Assembly: GCF_015487065.1 (NCBI RefSeq)
Contig: NZ_WFQN01000137.1
Coordinates: 1 to 49,846 of the forward strand
DNA length: 49,846 bases
Direction: 5' to 3'
Source of the DNA: Nitratifractor sp.
GTDB taxonomy: Bacteria > Campylobacterota > Campylobacteria > Campylobacterales > Sulfurovaceae
Positions 45,432 to 49,846 of this stretch are shown one piece after another; position 1 is the first letter of the stretch; the number at the start of each line of letters is the position of its first letter. The notes below the pieces were generated by a model that had not been told where the DNA came from, did no database searches, and worked only from the letters and a program-made list of their open reading frames with translations. Made by a program: the position numbers and the translations under genes.

Positions 45432-47102
45432 ATGCGCATTGCCTTGCTGGTTTCGGCTTTCAATTCCCTTTCGCAGGCCGTCTTTTGCCGCCTTGCAGAT
45501 ATGGGGCATGAAGTGTGTGTCGTCTATGCCATCCATCCCGAACAGATTCGTCAAGAGCTGCTCGAACACAACCCCGAAATCGTGCTGGCCCCCTATCTGC
45601 TTCGCTACATTCCGCCCGAGGTCTATACCCTTCGACCTACCTACATCTTCCACCCCGGTCCCAGAGGAGATCGGGGGCCCGATTCTTTGGAACATGCTCT
45701 AAGCAGAAGTGAGGGTAAGTGGGGTGCCGTGTGGCTCGAGGCTGCCGAAGCGCTCGATAGCGGCGATATCTTGGCCGAAGCGGCTTTTGAAATTCGTCCA
45801 GGGGCCACCAAAGCGTCCATCTACCGCCAAGAGGTGACCCAAGCCGCGGCGGCATTGTTGCCAACGCTTTTGGCGGCTCACGAAAGCGGTCAACGAACCT
45901 CCCAAATCGAAGCGCCGATGCATGCACGTTTCACCCAAAAAGAGCGCTCCATCGACTGGGAAAGAGACGATACCGAGACAATCATCAAAAAAATCAACCT
46001 CAGCGACTCCCTGCCCGGCGTACTGGACGAGATTGCCGGGATGCCGTGCTACCTTTTCGGCGCCCACGAAGAGGAGCGCCTGGGAGCGGAGTTCGCCGAT
46101 GCGCCGATCAAAACGGTACTGGCCAAACGAAACGGTGCAATCTGCCTCAAAACCCGCGACGGTGCGGTCTGGAACAGCCACCTCAAAGAGCCTCACCGCT
46201 TCAAACTTCCTGCTACCTACGTGCTAAAAGATCGTATCGCAGGGGTCAAAGAGCGGCGCATTCCACTGATTTTCGATCGTAGTTACGAAACCTTTCATGA
46301 AATTTGGGCCGAAGAGGAAGAGGGCATCGCCTATTTGCACTTTGATTTTCACAACGGCGCCATGAGTTCCGATCAGTGCATCCGCCTCAAATACGCCTTC
46401 GATTACCTCAAAGAGCGCTGCGAGGTTCTAGTACTGATGGGCGGCAACGAATTTTTCAGCAACGGGATTCATCTCAATATCCTCGAAGATAGCAAAAAGC
46501 AAGGCGAAGACGGCTGGAGCAATATCAATGCCATGAATGATCTGATCGCCTCGATCCTCTATGCCGAAGAGGTGCTGACGGTGGCCTCTTTTGGACGCAA
46601 TGCAGGTGCCGGAGGTGTTTTTTTAGGGATGGCGTGCGATCTTGTCGTCGCACGTGAGGGGGTAGTGCTCAATCCGCATTACAAAACGTTGGGTCTCAGC
46701 GGCAGCGAATACCACACATACACACTCCCCCACCGCATCGGTGAAGAGGCTGCCGAAACGCTTCTGGATGCCTGTTTGCCCCTTGGTGCCCAAAAAGCTC
46801 ATGCCATCGGGATGATCGATCAGCTATTGCCCCCCGAAGAGTATGAAAAAGCCCTTAAAGTCTACTGCCGTTCCTTGAGAGATGACGAAGATCGCTTTTA
46901 TGATTTGCTGGATGCCAAAGTCGATCGACTATCGGAGGAAAAGGGGACGATGGATGCGGCCAAGCGAAAGGAGCTGGAGATCATGCACCCGGAGTTTTGG
47001 GATCCAAACAGCTCTTTCCATACGCTACGCCGGGAATTTGTTTACAAGCTCTGCCCCACCAAAACCCCCGAAAGGTTCAAACAATGCATGAATACTCGAT
47101 AG
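45432..47102 (+). CDS. hypX: HypX/HoxX (formyltransferase + enoyl-CoA hydratase domains)
   Basis: MRIALLVSAFNSLSQ, HPGPRGDRGP, FHNGAMS, FSNGIHLN, AGAGG. Confidence 0.93.
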   Translation: MRIALLVSAFNSLSQAVFCRLADMGHEVCVVYAIHPEQIRQELLEHNPEIVLAPYLLRYIPPEVYTLRPTYIFHPGPRGDRGPDSLEHALSRSEGKWGAVWLEAAEALDSGDILAEAAFEIRPGATKASIYRQEVTQAAAALLPTLLAAHESGQRTSQIEAPMHARFTQKERSIDWERDDTETIIKKINLSDSLPGVLDEIAGMPCYLFGAHEEERLGAEFADAPIKTVLAKRNGAICLKTRDGAVWNSHLKEPHRFKLPATYVLKDRIAGVKERRIPLIFDRSYETFHEIWAEEEEGIAYLHFDFHNGAMSSDQCIRLKYAFDYLKERCEVLVLMGGNEFFSNGIHLNILEDSKKQGEDGWSNINAMNDLIASILYAEEVLTVASFGRNAGAGGVFLGMACDLVVAREGVVLNPHYKTLGLSGSEYHTYTLPHRIGEEAAETLLDACLPLGAQKAHAIGMIDQLLPPEEYEKALKVYCRSLRDDEDRFYDLLDAKVDRLSEEKGTMDAAKRKELEIMHPEFWDPNSSFHTLRREFVYKLCPTKTPERFKQCMNTR

Positions 47103-47425
47103 TTCAAGCCCTGCTTGATCAGTGCGAAAGCCACGCGGACAAACATGGCGCTACAAAAATCACTAAAGTAGTCACCAAAATCGGGGTCTTGAGCGGCGTG
47201 GAGCCCGATTTGTTGCAAACGGCATTTGATACCTTCAAAGAGGGGACGATCTGCGAAGAGGCTGAATTTGTCATGAAGATCCAGCCGATCGTGATCCAAT
47301 GCCAGAACTGTGGTCAAGAGGTGACGTTGGAGGAGTTGAATCTCGCCTGCCCGAAATGTGAAAGTATCCAAACGGAAATCATCGATGGCGAAGAGATGTA
47401 TCTGATGAGCCTGGAGATGACGTAA
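47084..47425 (+). CDS. hypA: HypA nickel chaperone
   Basis: MHEYSI, CQNC..CPKC, GEEMYL. Confidence 0.96.
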   Translation: MHEYSIVQALLDQCESHADKHGATKITKVVTKIGVLSGVEPDLLQTAFDTFKEGTICEEAEFVMKIQPIVIQCQNCGQEVTLEELNLACPKCESIQTEIIDGEEMYLMSLEMT

Positions 47426-47435
47426 AAAAAGAAGC

Positions 47436-47490
47436 TGGTGCGGACGGAGAGACTCGAACTCTCACGCCGAAGCACTGGATCCTAAATCCA
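47436..47490 (-). pseudogene. 3' fragment of tRNA-Leu(TAG), attachment site of an integrated element
   Basis: Minus strand TGGATTTAGGATCCAGTGCTTCGGCGTGAGAGTTCGAGTCTCTCCGTCCGCACCA: anticodon loop TAG, long variable arm, T arm, CCA. The 5' acceptor strand and D arm are missing. Confidence 0.85.
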
Positions 47491-47595
47491 ATTAATCCCC
47501 CTTATCTGAATTGATACCTACCCCTATAAACGCCCATTTTAAGGAAAACTCTTTTTATAACTTGTTATGATGTAATACGGTTTTAGCGCAAAAAA

Positions 47596-47630
47596 GTGCT
47601 ACCCAAAGTGCTACCCAATGGTGCTACCCA
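47596..47630 (+). repeat. Three direct repeats GTGCTACCCA (probable integrase arm sites)
   Basis: Copies at 47596, 47608 and 47621, between att and int. Confidence 0.8.
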
Positions 47631-48797
47631 TTGGAAAAGGAGTCAGAATTGGCACTCTATGACAACCTGAAAAAGGTGGAGGGGTCTCCAGGCATCTACT
47701 ACAAGGATCTCTATTCCCGTTTCCCAGAGAAGCGAAGTATCTCCGAAGTGGATTACCGCAAAATCAAAGAGGGGGCCATCGAGCTGGTGTTGAGGTTGAA
47801 AGTCTCAGGCCGACAGACACATAAGACGCTCACCTTCAAAGCCATGACGATGGGACGGGCGGTTAAAGAAGCCGCCTCCGAGCGGGTCAAGCTGCTCCAA
47901 CAGTTCAAGGAGGGCGCGATCAGCCAGGAGGGCGCGAAAACGCTCAAGGCTTTATGGGAAGACTACCTCCGGCTCAAAGAGAGTTCCCTATCGCCCGAAA
48001 ACGTCAAGATCCAACGCCTGATATTCGGGAAGCACATCGAGCCCTATATCGGCTCTAAGCAGATCAAGAGGGTCACGACACGCGATCTTCAGGGGATCGT
48101 CAATCGGATCCTGGCCAACGGAGGCAAACCACGGACGGCAAAGAACATCCAGGACTATATGAGACCCTTTTTCAATTACGCGATAGACCTCAATATCGTT
48201 TCCCATAACCCCGCAACGAAACTGAATATCCCGAAGTTTGACAATAAGCGCTATTTCGAGATGGACGTAGATTCCGCCCGCCAACTATTCCGGGCGATCC
48301 TGGACTACCCCGACCCGCTCTATCGGGGGATCTTCGTTTTTCTCATTCACGGGCGACGCCTAAACGAAGTGCTGAGCCTTCAATGGCAGAACGTCAAACG
48401 GGAGCAGGGCGTTTACATCATCGAGGCGGAATACAACAAAGCCCGGCGGACTATGGCCTATCCGTTGACCTCCTATCTCCTGGAGGTGCTGGAGCAGCAG
48501 CCGGAATATCATCGGGGATTGGTATTCCGGGCGAAAACGACCGGCGGGAAGATCAACCGGGGAACCCTTCGCCGCCACTGGGAGAGGGTGACCGCCACCG
48601 CCCGCGTGCTGGGAATGCGGATCCACGACACACGCCACCTCATCGGCTACCTGATGGCTAATGACGGCGTTTCCCTGGAGGCCATCGGGAAGGTATTGGG
48701 ACACAACAACGCCACCACGACCGCCCGCTATTCGACGCTATCGCTTAAGACGGCGGAAGCGGTGACGGATCGACTGCTTAGGAAGATCGGGGAATGA
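47631..48797 (+). CDS. int: Tyrosine recombinase/integrase
   Basis: HGRRLNEVLSL, HDTRH, LGH...TTARY catalytic motifs; TTG start uncertain. Confidence 0.95.
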   Translation: MEKESELALYDNLKKVEGSPGIYYKDLYSRFPEKRSISEVDYRKIKEGAIELVLRLKVSGRQTHKTLTFKAMTMGRAVKEAASERVKLLQQFKEGAISQEGAKTLKALWEDYLRLKESSLSPENVKIQRLIFGKHIEPYIGSKQIKRVTTRDLQGIVNRILANGGKPRTAKNIQDYMRPFFNYAIDLNIVSHNPATKLNIPKFDNKRYFEMDVDSARQLFRAILDYPDPLYRGIFVFLIHGRRLNEVLSLQWQNVKREQGVYIIEAEYNKARRTMAYPLTSYLLEVLEQQPEYHRGLVFRAKTTGGKINRGTLRRHWERVTATARVLGMRIHDTRHLIGYLMANDGVSLEAIGKVLGHNNATTTARYSTLSLKTAEAVTDRLLRKIGE

Positions 48798-49492
48798 ACA
48801 GATCACACCTGGAAGAGGCTACACTAAAGAAACTGTTAGAAATTGTTGAAGTCGTAAAATTTGACATCGAGATAGCCGAAAAACTCGATAGTAAAACAAC
48901 TTACTACGGATACATTTTGGAGCGTCTTGAAAATGCTATCAGTGGTGAAGCATCAGACCTGAGAATCATTTTGGCTATAGCCGAGATTACTTCAAGAATG
49001 GCTGCCTACTATACTGTATATGAATTATTTCTCTCCGGCTATGGATCGGAAGGCTGGGAAAGCAGCGTGATCCTGGAACTTAGCGAGCTTATCGCCGAGA
49101 AATTGGGTATTGAAGCTACAGATACCCGACTCGATGATATCAAAACTATTTGTGAGGCGATTGAAGTTTTAGTCGGCGTTCATAGAGCCCAGTTGATCCT
49201 GGCGAACTTCAAAGTATTGGACGGCGATAAAAATAGAAATGCACGCCTGAAAAGAACGATCCGAAGAGTAGAGAAGGATCTGGGGGAGATTGCCCCATAT
49301 CTGAAAGAATCGAGATCAGAACTGGACAAAATTTTGGCATCTCTCGATAATGTAGATGATACTAAATATCTCGACATGAAGGCGCTGATAGATATCTCCC
49401 AGGATCTTACGAAAAAGCAACTAATCGACGAATGCAAAACCGGTTTCTATCGAGCGGATAATATCTGTAGAGTGTTCACGCTCCTCAAATAA
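48794..49492 (+). CDS. Hypothetical protein coupled to integrase
   Basis: 232 aa, ATGA overlap with int, AT-richer, helical-looking. Confidence 0.75.
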   Translation: MNRSHLEEATLKKLLEIVEVVKFDIEIAEKLDSKTTYYGYILERLENAISGEASDLRIILAIAEITSRMAAYYTVYELFLSGYGSEGWESSVILELSELIAEKLGIEATDTRLDDIKTICEAIEVLVGVHRAQLILANFKVLDGDKNRNARLKRTIRRVEKDLGEIAPYLKESRSELDKILASLDNVDDTKYLDMKALIDISQDLTKKQLIDECKTGFYRADNICRVFTLLK

Positions 49493-49593
49493 CCTCCAAA
49501 AAAATTCTCATTTTTTAATACGTTTTTTAGATGTTCACGGGTGGCCCATAATTCTACACTTCCATATCCTAAACCATTACAAAAGGTGAAGAT

Positions 49594-49846
49594 ATGGAAG
49601 TCAAGACCCCCGCGATCATCGACATCAATTCCCTGTTATCCGCCGTCGAGAGCCATGTAAAGAACGCCATCGATGAACGGCTTCGGCACTTTCAGCCCCG
49701 GCCCGAAAAGCCTAAACAGCTGCTCAGCGTTGACGAGGCGGCTAAGGAATATGGACAGACTCCAAGCTACTGGAGAAAGCAGGTCTATAACCGCTCTATC
49801 CCCTTCGTCAAAATGGGAAAGTCGGTCAAGCTTCGCCGCAAAGACA
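49594..49846 (+). CDS. Excisionase-like HTH (HTH_17/AlpA type), partial
   Basis: Manual translation: MEVKTPAIID...QLLSVDEAAKEYGQTPSYWRKQVYNRSIPFVKMGKSVKLRRKD; AAGGTG RBS. Confidence 0.8.
   Translation, partial: MEVKTPAIIDINSLLSAVESHVKNAIDERLRHFQPRPEKPKQLLSVDEAAKEYGQTPSYWRKQVYNRSIPFVKMGKSVKLRRKD

Larger units (their letters stand above)
47436..49846. mobile_element. Left end of a tRNA-Leu-integrated element (genomic island, prophage or satellite)
   Basis: tRNA 3' fragment, direct repeats, tyrosine integrase, excisionase-like HTH. Confidence 0.85.

Noticed and set aside
47436-47520. Intact tRNA-Leu
   Set aside because: Sequence beyond 47490 cannot form the D arm or the 5' acceptor strand.
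47596-47630. Possible CRISPR or iteron array
   Set aside because: 10-bp repeats with 2-3 bp gaps and no spacers or cas genes; better explained as integrase arm sites.

Overview
Chromosomal window from a fairly GC-rich Campylobacterota (Epsilonproteobacteria) genome. Gene content resembles vent Sulfurovaceae such as Nitratifractor (inference). It is probably origin-proximal, given two perfect parS sites. Contents in order: a partial HerA/DUF87-like ATPase, rarA, yjbQ, rluB, kdsD/kpsF, rnj and rsmA; a split type II secretion cluster (gspK-L-M-N-C-D-E-J, divergent gspG-H-I, distant gspF); hisF, a nucleoside phosphorylase-like gene, rlmN plus a 31-aa membrane peptide, rluA, purB, nrdA, a lipoprotein and an L,D-transpeptidase; a ~19 kb hydrogen-metabolism cluster (TetR, cytoplasmic group 2 [NiFe]-hydrogenase, membrane-bound hydABCDE, hypF, Ni/Co ECF transporter, hypBCDE, hypX, hypA); and the left end of an integrative element inserted in tRNA-Leu(TAG). 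Most notable are (i) an apparently catalytically dead IS1595-transposase-derived Zn-ribbon/HTH protein wedged between hypF and the divergent nickel-uptake operon, and (ii) a shared TGAATGAtyATTCA palindrome upstream of hydA and nikM, which may define a TetR/Hup hydrogen regulon.
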